Assembly: GCF_006345805.1 (NCBI RefSeq)
Contig: NW_021835990.1
Location: forward strand, 124,001 to 188,000
Direction: 5' to 3'
Source: Octopus sinensis
Lineage: Eukaryota
Length of the DNA: 64,000 bases
Part shown: positions 13,537 to 24,929 of the stretch, in pieces
Numbering within the stretch: position 1 is the stretch's first letter
How the letters are laid out: the number at the start of each line of letters is the position of its first letter
Program-made: the position numbers and the translations under genes
Notes under the pieces: model-generated
Database searches by the model: none
The model's input: only the letters and a program-made list of their open reading frames with translations
Told to the model about the DNA's origin: nothing

Positions 13537-15400
13537 ATGAATTTGAATGTTGGTTTGCAAGTCGTGGTGAGACACGATCCCTTCCAGACAACTATCGACC
13601 TCATTCCTACCCGACCTGTCCGATTTGAACTGGCAATGGAAATCCCCGTCTATCTACAGTTGGAAGATATGGCCCAACACCTTAATCTTTCCGAAGGTGT
13701 GAGCAATTGGCCTAAATATTACATTCCACTTTAATTACTCACCTAATTAGGTCAACCCCATGGCCCTCCAGTTTTGCACACGCACGAGGGAACTCAGCCC
13801 ACTCCTCGACCTGGAAATATCTCTGAGCGAGCAGGCCGACGACTTTGCCCCGTTCATCGAAGGGTTGGTGGACAGACACGTGATTCAGTAGAAGACTCCC
13901 CGTCCTCGTGTTTGTGGAAAAGATGGAGTTGAGAATTGTCGAGTGCATAAGTTTGCCTCGTTGTGTGATGGTAGAGATCTTGGAGCAGTCGACCAACAAA
14001 GATCGGCGGAGATTGATCATGCAATTGAAAAATATGTTCAAGGTGAGTCCACAGTGCCCCACCTGCAGGAGGACAAAGACTTTATTAACTACTTTGTGGA
14101 AGGGAACGGTCTGGATTGTCTGGTCAGACTGGGACAGGAGGAGGACGACAGCTTGAAGACGTCTATTCTCCGATGTAATGCCCTCCCCTACTCCAGCCAT
14201 TAGTCAAATGATCCTCTTTGTCGACGGAATCAACGGTATTGCCAGCAACCTCGAAATTCTGCGGTGGATTTACGCAACAGCCGACTCCGAGGTTGTCCGC
14301 CTCCTCATTCTAGTACTTGCCGAGTGCCAAAATGTCGCTCAAGACTCTGATGGTGTTCGTGGCCTACTCGGACGACCACATCGAACTGATGATGAGTGCC
14401 ATCGTGGCAGAGAGTGAACGTCTGGGTGTGTTTTCTCTTGTCATTCCAGACTCGCCACTGCTTCATAAAATTGTCGCAGGCATCAAGAAATCATTCTACG
14501 AGTGCGAGATCTGTCTGCTCTCGTTCCAAATTGTCAACAGGGTTTGTGGATGCCTCATTTCAGATACTCGAATGTGTCCACTGTTCTCAATGACATTTTC
14601 CACGATTTGCAACAACTTGGCATGCAAGCAGTCTGCGACAAGATCAAGACCAGATTGAAGGATGCGGCGGATATGATCGCACAAGTGGACACATACGAGG
14701 TCAGTCCTGTCCTGACTCCTAGACTCATTACAGACAACGCGGTCTCCAAAATGCCCCACCGTAACAATACCGTATTCAATACCATTAGAGTCGAACTGTC
14801 GTCAGAAAAAAAGGTGGAAAAGGAAACCATCGACAAGACAATTTCTAGTCGCAAGACAATAAAACTGTGCTGGACTGATGCCAAGAAAGTAATATCGGTG
14901 GGGGCACAGGACAAGCGGGAGACAATCTGGGAGTCGCTGGCAACAGAGACTGTCAAGTTTGACCATTCGAAATACAGACGACTGTTCACAATAAAAAAAC
15001 AGTCATCGAAGGTTGTGGGGTCAATTGAGGTTTGTAGAAGCAGAACGTGGCGACGCCGGTGAATGAGGAAATCACAGTCCTGGACGGCAAGCGTGCGCAA
15101 GCAATACACATAGCAGTGGCCAAACTACCTTTTCCTAATAAATTTCCTGCTCTTTGCATATTCCTACTGCGATGGAAAGAGGTTGGACCATTGCTGTCTC
15201 TTCATAAAACGTAGAGTCGGGAATTCTTATTTTTTGATGCACTTATAACAGGAAGTCACCTGCTGTATGTGGAACTCGGTTAGGGCTCCGTGAGTATCGA
15301 GCGAGGAATATACACGTCTCAAGGAAGAAAAACTCTTCCTCAAGGAAGAGAAAGAAAAAAAAGCAAGAAATATGAGTTATGTTAGTTGTCACTTGCATCC
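13537..15400 (+). pseudogene. FHOD: FHOD-family formin: GBD/FH3 plus partial FH2, internally deleted
   Basis: The spliced product reads DPFQTT...PTRP, LLDLEISLSEQ, EDKDFINYFVEGNGLDCL, ISQMILFVDGING, KTLMVFVAYS, then FH2-start KTIKLCW...IWESL...RLF and EITVLDGKRAQAIHI. GT-AG introns: 13699-13750, 13864-13888, 13951-13974, 14043-14068, 14175-14196, 14292-14313, 14426-14449, 14542-14563. Frameshift near 14590; no FH1. Confidence 0.85.
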
Positions 15401-16377
15401 AGGATGAGGTAAAGATTGTTGAAAAAAAAATTGGCAACCCATGAAGCAAGGAAAAAATTCCAGAGGGACAATATGTGTTTTGAACTTAACCGAAGGCAGT
15501 TTTACAGAAACTTGACTGAGAAAAAGAAGAATACACAGTTTATGTTTGACCAGAGTCAGTGTCTCTCATTCTGGGAGAGTGTTTAGGTAAAACATGAGTC
15601 CATGGGGACTCGATTTTATTGGATAACCGGGTGACTGGTACCGAGGACACAATTGCTGATTTTGGAAAAGACACAATTATTGAGATCATTAACCAGCTGC
15701 CAAATTGGAGGGCCTGTGGATGGCATATACAATTTTTTCTTGAAAAAGTTTACTGCGGTCCACGATGACCTTTGTAAGAAGTGATCAGTATGTGTCGTTT
15801 TTAGACAGCCCGTAATAATTCGTAATGCTGAATTTTGGGTTCTCTGAAGTTTTTCAAGGTTTGCAATAGATAAGCAGGAGCTCCAAGCAGGGACAGCGTA
15901 GTTCATTGTTGTTCTGATAAACTGCTTGTATACAGTTATTAGACTCTCCTTATCCTGTCCAAATGACGTCCCCGCAATAGCCCGAAGCACATTGAGTTTT
16001 TTCTGGGATTTTTCACAGATGTATGAAACATGTTTCGAGAAAGACAAACAGCAATCAAATATTAGACCCAAGATTTTGAGGGATTTTTCAACTGGGAGTG
16101 GAATGTTGTCTAGGAATAGTTTAGGCTCTAAGTTGAACTGATGACGGTCAGTGGTGAATAGATTTGGATGGGGAAGGTTGAAGAAGATTGCATTTCAGCC
16201 AGGAGGATAGAGTGTTCATGTGTTCCTGCAGAAATCCAGAAGCGGTGTTAATGTTTTGGTGGCGTCATCAGCGTAGGATACAAGTAAAGAATTATTGTTT
16301 GTCGGGATACTGGACAGATGTAAGTTAAATAAGGCAGGTGAAAGAACCGAGCCTTGGGGAACCCCGTTAGACAAGTA

Positions 16378-18199
16378 CAGTGAATCCTCGCAAATTGGCC
16401 ACCTCGCAAATTGGCCAATTTTTAAATTGGCCAATTTTTTCACAATTTACTAAGAAAAAAATTAATTTTCTTAGTAAATTGGCCAATTCTCAAATTGGCC
16501 ACAATTTTTGAATTATTATTTTTTTTAATTAGAAAATAAACTATTTTTTTAATCACATGTCTTATAAAATTTCTCGTGGACGTTATACTCGGCTCACTTT
16601 TCTTGAAAAAACACAAATTATAAACTACAAGGAAGAAAATGACAATGTTTCGTGTCAGCTTCTGGCTGACAGATTCTCACATTTATTCCACAAGACGATC
16701 TCGAGAAAGACGATCAATAATCTACTGCTTAATAAAGACTCTATTTTACGGGATTCGAAAATCTATCAAAATTCGTATAAAGCTGCTCACAAACCAAAAT
16801 TTCCTACGCTTGAAGAAAAATTGATCGAATGGATGGATACAATAGAGTCTAAAGGTATTAATTGAAAACCAATTTTTAGGTGGTTTTTTGAATGATTCCT
16901 TAATATCGTGTAAGGCTGCGCATTTTGCCGAAGAGCTACAACTTAGTAACTTTAAAAATTCTAATGGATTTCTGGCAAAATTCAAAAAGAGACACGGTTT
17001 TAGAATGCTAAAATTACATGGAGAGATGCGAACAGATAAAGTAGTTGACATTAATTCTTTTCGTGAAGAATTTAAAGAAATTTCTAAATCGTATAAGCCT
17101 GATCTAATTTATAATTTGGATGAAACTGCATTATACTACAAGCTTATTCCATCGAAAAGCGTATGCAGAAACCGATTCCAAGGATACAAAAATTTTAAAG
17201 ACCGTGTGTCTATTATGCTTTGTTCAAACATGACCGGAAGTCATAAATTGAAACCTGTGATGATTGGAAAACCAAAAATGCCTAGATGTTTTAAAAATTT
17301 GACTATGGATGTCTTGTCTCATATTATAGCTCACAGAAAGCTTGGATGACTGGATCTATTTTTATTGATTGGATTATTAGCTTTGATCTCCAGCTTAAAA
17401 TTAAAAAGAAGAAAATTTTATTGCTAATAGACCACTGTCCTGCACATTCTATTCCTCAAAACTTGGATTGTATTAAGATTTTATTTTTTCCTAAAAATTC
17501 TACTGGATTACTACAACCAATGGATATTGGAATTATAAAAACCTTCAAGACTCATTTCATGAGAAGAAAGCTACAGTACTTAACTGATTTGCTGGAGACT
17601 GAAAATATTTCTGTATACAATTCATACAAAAAATTGACATTAAAAGATGCAATTTTGTTTGTTAATATGGCTTGGGATGACGTATCTACTGAAACTATTC
17701 AAAATTGTTTTAAGATTTTAAATGAATCTAATCACGAAAATACATTAATTGAACATTATGAGACTGAAATTGAAAGAACTGACATTTTCGATCCTCTAAT
17801 GAGCGAAGATTTTCTAAATATCGAAAACACAGAAGATCAAGATATAAACGAAAATTGTTTACAAGAGGATCAAGAGTCTGAAATTAGCGACGAAGAGACA
17901 AAAATCATATATCCACTCGATAGAAAAGATATTGCAAAGACATTAACTAGAATAGAAAGGCAACTTTACTGTAATGCAGAAAATGAGAATGATGTTTCGC
18001 TGATTACTGCAATAAGAAAATACAAAGAAAATGTAAAAAGAGCAAATAAAAAGGAATTAGGGATTGAATTTTATTTTAATAAAATTTAAACGTGTTTATT
18101 TTATTTTTTAAATATTGATTTTTTTCAAATTGGCCATTTTCTCAAATTGGCCATAAAATCTCTATGTACCAAAAATGGCCAATTTGCGAGGATTCACTG
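16378..18199 (+). mobile_element. pogo/Tigger DNA transposon, complete ends
   Basis: Perfect 24-bp TIR CAGTGAATCCTCGCAAATTGGCCA; TA duplication (16376-16377, 18200-18201); multiple subterminal AAATTGGCCA motifs. Confidence 0.95.
16557..18089 (+). CDS. pogo/Tigger transposase (CENP-B HTH + DDE_1) with a 25-nt intron and one 1-nt frameshift
   Basis: Splicing 16855-16879 joins ORF 16557 to ORF 16888 in frame (ESKG-GFLNDSLI). One missing T near 17300 joins YNLDETAL to AWMT...LLIDHCPAH...QPMDIGII. Confidence 0.88.
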
Positions 18200-19691
18200 T
18201 ATTTGTAACGTGAGTAAGAGGACATGATTGTCGTGCGACCAAGACGCCCAGAAAGGAAAGAGAGTAACCATGACTTTATTTGATGAGGAAATTCCGTATC
18301 GATTATTTTCCTACACATAACATGTCTTGACGTTCTGTCAAATGCTTTTTCAATGTCGATGGATGCAATAACTGTTCTTTGAGGAGGATTATGATTGTTA
18401 AACCCATCCGCAATGAATTGTGTCAGTCTTGAGAGATGGGTGGAAGTGGAATCCAAAGAACGAAAGCCGTGTTGAGATTCAGCAAATAGGAGAAAAGGTT
18501 TTATGATGCTCAGTACTACCCGTTCTGTTATTTTTGAAACCACTGAAATCAAAGAGATAGGTCAAAAAGAAGAAGGGTCAGAGGTATCTCGATTTGGTTT
18601 TGGAATAGGGATGATGGTAGATTTTTTCCAAAGCATAGGAACCAAACCATGGTTGATCGAGTATTCGATTAAATTGGTCAGGGCCAGAAAATTATTTAGA
18701 CCCAGATTTTTTAGATGGTGAATGACAAGACCATCCGGACCTCTGGCGTTAGAATTCCGCGATTTAACAACAAGCTGCTTGGTAAGTGATTCTGGGATGT
18801 TAATAAAGTGTGTAGAATTGACATTGGAATTATATAAGATTTTCTTATGAAACAAAGATCCTTTGGGGTAGGAAAGTGACTAATTTTTGCATAATGACGA
18901 ATTAAGATGTTAGCTTGATCCCGAAAGGATAGGAAAGATTTTTTGGACGAGATGCCGGTAGCATGTGAGAGAGGGCATGTTTGCCCTTGTGTGAATTTTC
19001 TTGAGAGTTCTCCAGAAAACACGGGATCCAGTATGTGGGGATATAGATGTGAAAAAATCGTTCCATTTTTCAGTTTTATGTTTTTTGATTAATTGTCGAT
19101 TTGTTTATTGATTTCTGCTAGATATTCCGCAGTGTCATTCCTGAAGGAGTCCTATTTCCCACGTTTGTAGTTAATGTAGGTCTTTATAATTCTCTTCTTT
19201 ACAGGGTGATGATTTATTTTAATTAGAATAGGATTGTGCTCTGTTGGTAGGTCGTACACCACTGTCCATTTGGTGTCGAGTGCAATGTTTGGAGAACATA
19301 AAGTAATGTCAGGAAAAGTGTTTAAATCTCCAGGACGCATTGCACTGCGGATGTGCAGAAGAGGGTTGTTTAGAGTGATCAATTCTTCCGCATCAGTTAT
19401 AATTTGTTGGCCTCGTTTATCGGTTTTGTTTGTGGATAGCCAAAGAGGATGATGGGCGTTGAAGTTCGGAGTATAATTGGGATCACATGACGAAATCGGG
19501 GGGATATATATGTAGTGGAGAATAGTGGAATATCCCTTAAAACGGGGGGTTTTGGATTTTGGGGTAAGTTTGGTCTATTGAATAAGAGCTATATCAATAG
19601 AGTTCGTGTGAAGAAAGTAGCGTAGGTCATTGCATTTCTTAGAGACCCCGTTAATCTTCAGTTGAAGGATGGTTAGTGTTCTAATAGGTTC

Positions 19692-19742
19692 AGGTCCAGG
19701 GTTTTGCTCCACATCTCCACATCGAATCAACAACAGAGTCAG
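19692..19742 (-). other. 2A (StopGo) ribosome-skipping peptide LTLLLIRCGDVEQNPG|P
   Basis: Exact D(V/I)ExNPGP consensus with an upstream hydrophobic stretch, in frame with and directly before the APE domain. Confidence 0.88.
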
Positions 19743-20002
19743 GGAACGTAAGCTTGACGCTCGTCCCGAGGCCACTACCAACCAAACCGTTGACAGGTTG
19801 GTTGGCAAGGGGAAAAGGTTGGTTCCGTTTGTTACTGAAGGAGAATCAGCATCCAATCGTCTTCACTAGAAAAAATCAAAGAAATCAAGGACCCCAAAAA
19901 TTTAAAAAGCCAACCTGGAACCCCTTTTTTTAAATCTAACAGAGAATTTTATTAAAAAGATCATTTAAAAAAATATTTAGGTTCTTTGAGATTTTTCTTG
20001 CC

Positions 20003-20170
20003 TTTTGTTGTTGTTGTTGTTGCACAACCCCGGTCTCACATTAGGGTATGATACCGGCGGCTAGCAGAAACAACAGCGCCTTCGCGGGTTGCTCCCAAAG
20101 GACCTCGGGGGAGTGGACAGCAAATTTCCTGCGGACAGGGAGGAGAACAGGGCAGGGAGAACTCCTGCAT
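20003..20170 (-). mobile_element. LINE 3' end with (CAA)n tail
   Basis: Reads ...[24 protein letters not shown] and then GTGCAACAACAACAACAAC; abuts the start of the dynein relic. Confidence 0.7.
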
Positions 20171-20173
20171 CAA

Positions 20174-22625
20174 ATAATAATCGAGACAGTCGATACAATG
20201 AGATACACGCATATTCTGAAACTACAAATTTCCACGACTGTCCCTGCCTTCTAGTGGGGCCCACGGGGACGGGGAAGAGTGTTTACATATCGGTGAGTTG
20301 TGTCGAGAATGACTGTAAGGATCTTCTATTGAATAGAATGGACAGAAATGTGTACAAACCAAACATAATCAACTTTTCTGCACAAACCTCGTCCAATCTC
20401 ACTCAGTCCATAGTCATGTCCAAACTAGACAGACGAAGGAGGGGAGTTTACGTTGGCAACAAGGCCGTAAGTCTTGCTCTGACATGGCAGATATATTTCA
20501 TAGACGACGTGAACATGCTAATGAGGGAAACATCGGGGGCACAACCACCCATAGAAGTAATCCGCCAATGGTTCGATCACGGGACTTGGTACGACCTCAA
20601 AGACTGTTCTCCAATGAAAGTGGTGGATATTCAATTCGTGTGCGCAGTGGGACCCCCAGGTAGACTGTCGGACTATATTTCTTGCTGGTGGACGTAATCC
20701 ACTCATAATATACAAGAAGGCTCGAGATTACTTACTCTCGACACCCGCTAAGAATCATTATTTGTTCAACCTGCGGGACTTTTCTCGTGTAGTCCAAGGA
20801 CTTATGCTATCCACTCCTAGAACCAACGAAGATGTCGAGTGCATATTCCGTCTGTGGGTGCACGAGGTTTGCTCTGCAATTTTTATTTAAGGTCTTCCGT
20901 GTGTACTACGACAGACTGTTTGACAACGACGATAAACAGTGAAGGAAAATTTCGAAAAAGTATTGCAAAAGTCATTCAACGAGACTGGCGGCCTTCATTG
21001 CCGACTACGATGTCTTCCAAGTCGAAATCTCCAACAGCTACAGTTCAGTTGAGTGGCGAGAGGATCTCAAACGAATTCTCCGAAAGGTCAGCGACTCGGA
21101 TAATCCCGGGGTTTTCTTATTTGCGGATACTCTAGTGAGTGGGCAAGTTGATTACTCTCAGATCAAGCAGGAATCGTTTTTGGAGGACGTGAACAATTTC
21201 CTCAACTCGGGAGAAGTCCCCAATTTATACCTTGCAGACGAGAAACAGGAGATTTGTGAGAAAATGCGTCAAATAGACAGGTTTCCGTCGTGATGGACTT
21301 GACTAGACGGAGAGACAAATCTAAGCAAATTAACTTTTTTATTTAACTTTTTATTCAAAACTGTCGGGACCAACTTCATGTTGTCCTCGCGATGAGTCCA
21401 GTCGGAGAAAGTTTCCGTAATCGACTGCGAATGTTCCTCTCGCTTATCAACTGCTGCACAATCGACTGGTTTCAGGTACAACCACAAATAACTCCCAGCG
21501 TTGGCCCAACGACGCTCTGGAGGCTGTAGTTTCACGGTTTTTGGAGGACATTGAGATGACTGATTTCGTGAGGGCCTCCTGTATTGACGTCTTCCGCCAA
21601 TTTCATACCTCTGCGGAGACATTGTCGCTCAGATACTTCAGAGAACTTGAGCGTTACAACTACGTCACCTCAACCTCCTATTTGGAACTGATAAACACAA
21701 TTGCTTGACAAAAATATAAAGTGAGTGGGGTTTGTCTGATTGTTCAGTCTGGTCATGAATGCAAAGAGGCGGTACGAAGTGGGTTTGGAAAAGTTGGAGA
21801 GTGCTTCCAACGATGTCACACAAATGCAGAAACAACTAGTCGACCTCCAACCCCAACTAATCGACGCTGGGAAGCAGGTGGACGAAATGATGATTCAGAT
21901 CGAAAAAGAGTCCATCGAAGTTGCCAAAGTTGAGAGGGTGTTTATTCCCTGACATCATCCTTCGAAGGTCGTCCGAGTCGACAAGGCTGCGGCCAACGAA
22001 CAGGCTGAAGCAGCACAAAAAATAAAAGACGAGTGCGATTCTGATCTTGCATTGGCAATGCCTCATTTGAATGCCGCGCTTATGGCACTCAACACACTCA
22101 CTCAGCAGGTTTTGTCGATCAGACGAGTTTAGGACATTACAATTGTCAAGACGATGCAAAAACCCCCACAAATCATCAGACTTGTCATGGAGGCAGTCTG
22201 CGTACTCAAGAAAATAAAACCAGACCGTCTCCCCGACTCTTCTGGCAGTGGCAGGAAAATAGAGGACTATTGGGGTCCATCAAAAAGGCTCCTGAGGTTC
22301 CTTGAGGGACTCAAAAATTTTGACAAAGCATTTGTGTGATTAAACATTCTAGGATTCTATTCCGCCTGCCATAATAAAGCAGATTCGCACAAAGTACATT
22401 TCCAACCCAGACTTTGTTCCCGACAAAGTCAAGACGGCGTCTCTGGCATGTGAAGGTCTTGCCCGGTGGGTGATTGCCATGGACAAATATGACAAGTTAA
22501 GTATTGCTTTATAACTGCAGAGTTGCCAAGATCGTTGTTCCCAAAAAACTGGCTCTCCAATAGGCTGAGCAAGAATACTCGTCAGCTATGAAGCACTTGA
22601 ACAAAAAGAGATCCGAGCTGAAAAA
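20174..22625 (+). pseudogene. DNAH7: Axonemal inner-arm dynein heavy chain (DNAH7-like) relic, AAA3 to stalk
   Basis: [82 protein letters not shown] and PDFVPDKV motifs; micro-introns; TGA at 20940-20942; frameshifts and internal deletions. Confidence 0.9.
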
Positions 22626-22789
22626 AATAGTATTTTACGTTTTTACCCATAAAATATGAAGTATTTTGACTTTTAATTATTTTTTTTGAAAAATTCAAAA
22701 GATTCTGATTTAGAAAATAATTTTAAATCTTTAAAATTACCGATAATTGACAAAGAAAAAACATTTTTTTAATTTTTAGCGTTATTTAA

Positions 22790-23500
22790 GGGTCAATTTT
22801 GTGTGGTGTGACCCAATTCCCCTCAGATGTGTCCCCTCTGTCCCCCCCTCTCACTCGACTGCTCACAAATGTGCTCACAATGTTGGTGGAGGGGACTGAA
22901 AGGGGGAGGAATATCGGGTGTTTAATGTGGGGATGCTCAAACTGAGTGTCACACTCACTTCCCACACCAAAGAAGGGACTGATCTCCTTCCAGTGGGACT
23001 GTCCTCTGTTTTGTGTCTTCCACACGTGTTTCCGAGGCACTATGAACTGGAATTGTGTGTTTTGGTGGGGATGTGATTAGATTGTAGGGATTGTCTCTTG
23101 TTTATAATTTATTGGGGGATGATCTTTCCCACGTGCTTAAAATGAGTTTTCCGGGGTGTTTATCCTCGGATAATTTCCGTGAAATATGTTTGGTAGTGTT
23201 GGGTGTTATTTTGAGTTGTTTGAGAGACACGCAGAGGAGGGGACCAGTCATATGGACGAGTCGGTCATTTCGGCCTATGCTGCCTTCTTTATTGGCTGTC
23301 TTGTACGGAGAGTGGGGTGGCTGGCCAGTCGGGTTAGGGAAGTATTGGATGAGTCGTGAATGGACAGAATGGCTGCTGTTTTGGCTGAGTTTGTGGACGT
23401 GATCAGTCTGACTGTTTGCTCGCTGCTCTTATTGTAGGTGTTCTCTGACGATTCTGTCAATGAGGATATTCGGGCCATCATTTCTGTGCTTCAATCCTGC
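22790..23500 (-). other. Probable unrecognised host gene fragment with strong strand skew
   Basis: Long near-open frames with GC content and skew like neighbouring host genes; no recognisable domain. Confidence 0.25.
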
Positions 23501-23696
23501 TAATATTGCCTTGATTTGATTTTTTTATAAAAAGTCGAGTTTATTTGATTAGTTTGTCTTTATGGGATATATTGAGTTAATTAAAAATGATTTTTATTTT
23601 TAATAAATGTTTGGCAATAAAAAATTTTAATATACTTAGGTGTGTTACCCATGGTAGTTAACTCAGAGTTAATAAAAATAGGAGACCAATTCTAAA

Positions 23697-24880
23697 TTGG
23701 ACCGTCCTTACACCCTCTACCTTCTGGCCAAGAAACTGGGCACCAATGATTTATTCAGAGCCATAAAATGCCTTCTGACTGCATTCTACTTTGAATTGGA
23801 TTCCACCCTGTACTGCAAAATAAACTCATTTCTCGCCCTAATTTACCACTCTCAGAACATGGGAATTCACTTCCTCGAAAAAGCGGTATTTTCCCGCCCT
23901 CATGTCCTAGTCCTCCTATAAATTCCAAGTAAATATTACGTAATCACTCAGAACGTAACCCCCGACAACACAGTCTACGAAGCCGCCTCACTTTTGGCGG
24001 GAATCTACAACGAAAAGGTAATTTCCCGCCACTAATTTAAGCGCGAATTTGAAAAGGCGGGAGAATTGTTGAGAAATATAATCGACGACAGACAATTACT
24101 GGTATGTCCGTCTGATGCACGAACTGGCTGTATTCCCCCCTCCCCACTCAGTACGTCGATTTCGTGCAGGAGGACTTCCAGTCAGCCTTCCAAGTCCTCG
24201 AACTCATCACCAAATTCTAAGTAAAACAGAATCTGCCCATAATCAGGAAATGTGTCCTCTTCAACCAGTCAATCGTACTTTGTGGGGTAATCTCAGCTAT
24301 ATTTCTGCATGGGGTGTTTCGACCGGGGGATGAGACTGTTGGAGAGTTGTGCCCCCTTCACTGACCACCCCACTATGCACACAATTTATTTAATTCTCTC
24401 TATTTATAGTAGACTGACTGTTTGGAAGGTCATTTCTGGTTGTATTCCGTAGGTTAAGGATGCTGGGTTTTGTGTGGTCGAATTACAGAATCTTGTCTTT
24501 AGGGGGTGGATGTGGTGGGGGGATATGGACTGATTGAGGGACACTGGCTTGATCCATCCTCCATTTCCGCATGTGCTGCCATTGTATGTCCCCACGTATC
24601 ACCTTAGGCTATCTCTGCCTATCAAATCCATGTGGAATCAGTTATTTTGACGGATAATCTGATCAGTTTGAGTTTGCTGTCTTTAGAGAGAGGTATTCCC
24701 CCAAATTGAGGCAGATTCCTCTCCATTTAGGCGTGTGTTGGAACATCATTTGTATTTTTTGAGAGTTATCTGCAATCTGATGGTCCCCAACAGATCTGTG
24801 GCCATCCTTCAGGTACTCAGCCCAGTCTGATTGGCAGATTGAGAAAATGCTGGCTCTTTTGGGAGAAAACTGCAATTATA
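23697..24880 (+). pseudogene. MAU2: MAU2/Scc4 cohesin loader, N-terminal half
   Basis: RAIKCLL, FLEKA, YEAASLLAGIY, YWYVRLMHELA and HWL motifs parallel MAU2. Introns: 23886-23910, 23929-23951, 24018-24041, 24130-24151. No ATG at the expected start, a frameshift near 24095, and an in-frame TAA near 24218. Confidence 0.75.
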
Positions 24881-24929
24881 ACTCAAATAATAAGACACGA
24901 TCGATTCCTCCAAATTTGAAGTAAGTAAA

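Larger units (their letters stand above)
15500..19870 (-). mobile_element. Near-full-length degenerate APE-RT LINE (Ingi/I-like) with N-terminal 2A peptide, split by a pogo transposon
   Basis: Order is 2A (19692-19742), APE (ILQLKING...IALIQ; PDITL...EHNPI), RT (GPDG, QHGFR, DIEKAFD, GVPQGSVLSP, YADD) and thumb (LGLIFD...AVPAWS). Removing 16378-18199 plus one TA restores SRYKYLSNGVPQG. Confidence 0.92.

Noticed and set aside
13739-15109. Minus-strand ORFs of 150-180 aa over FHOD
   Set aside because: Shadow ORFs with no domain signal.
20940-20942. In-frame TGA at a conserved Trp in dynein and in-frame TGA in the receptor LBD, suggesting UGA recoding
   Set aside because: Other Trp codons are TGG, HRI terminates at TGA, and both genes carry other lesions.
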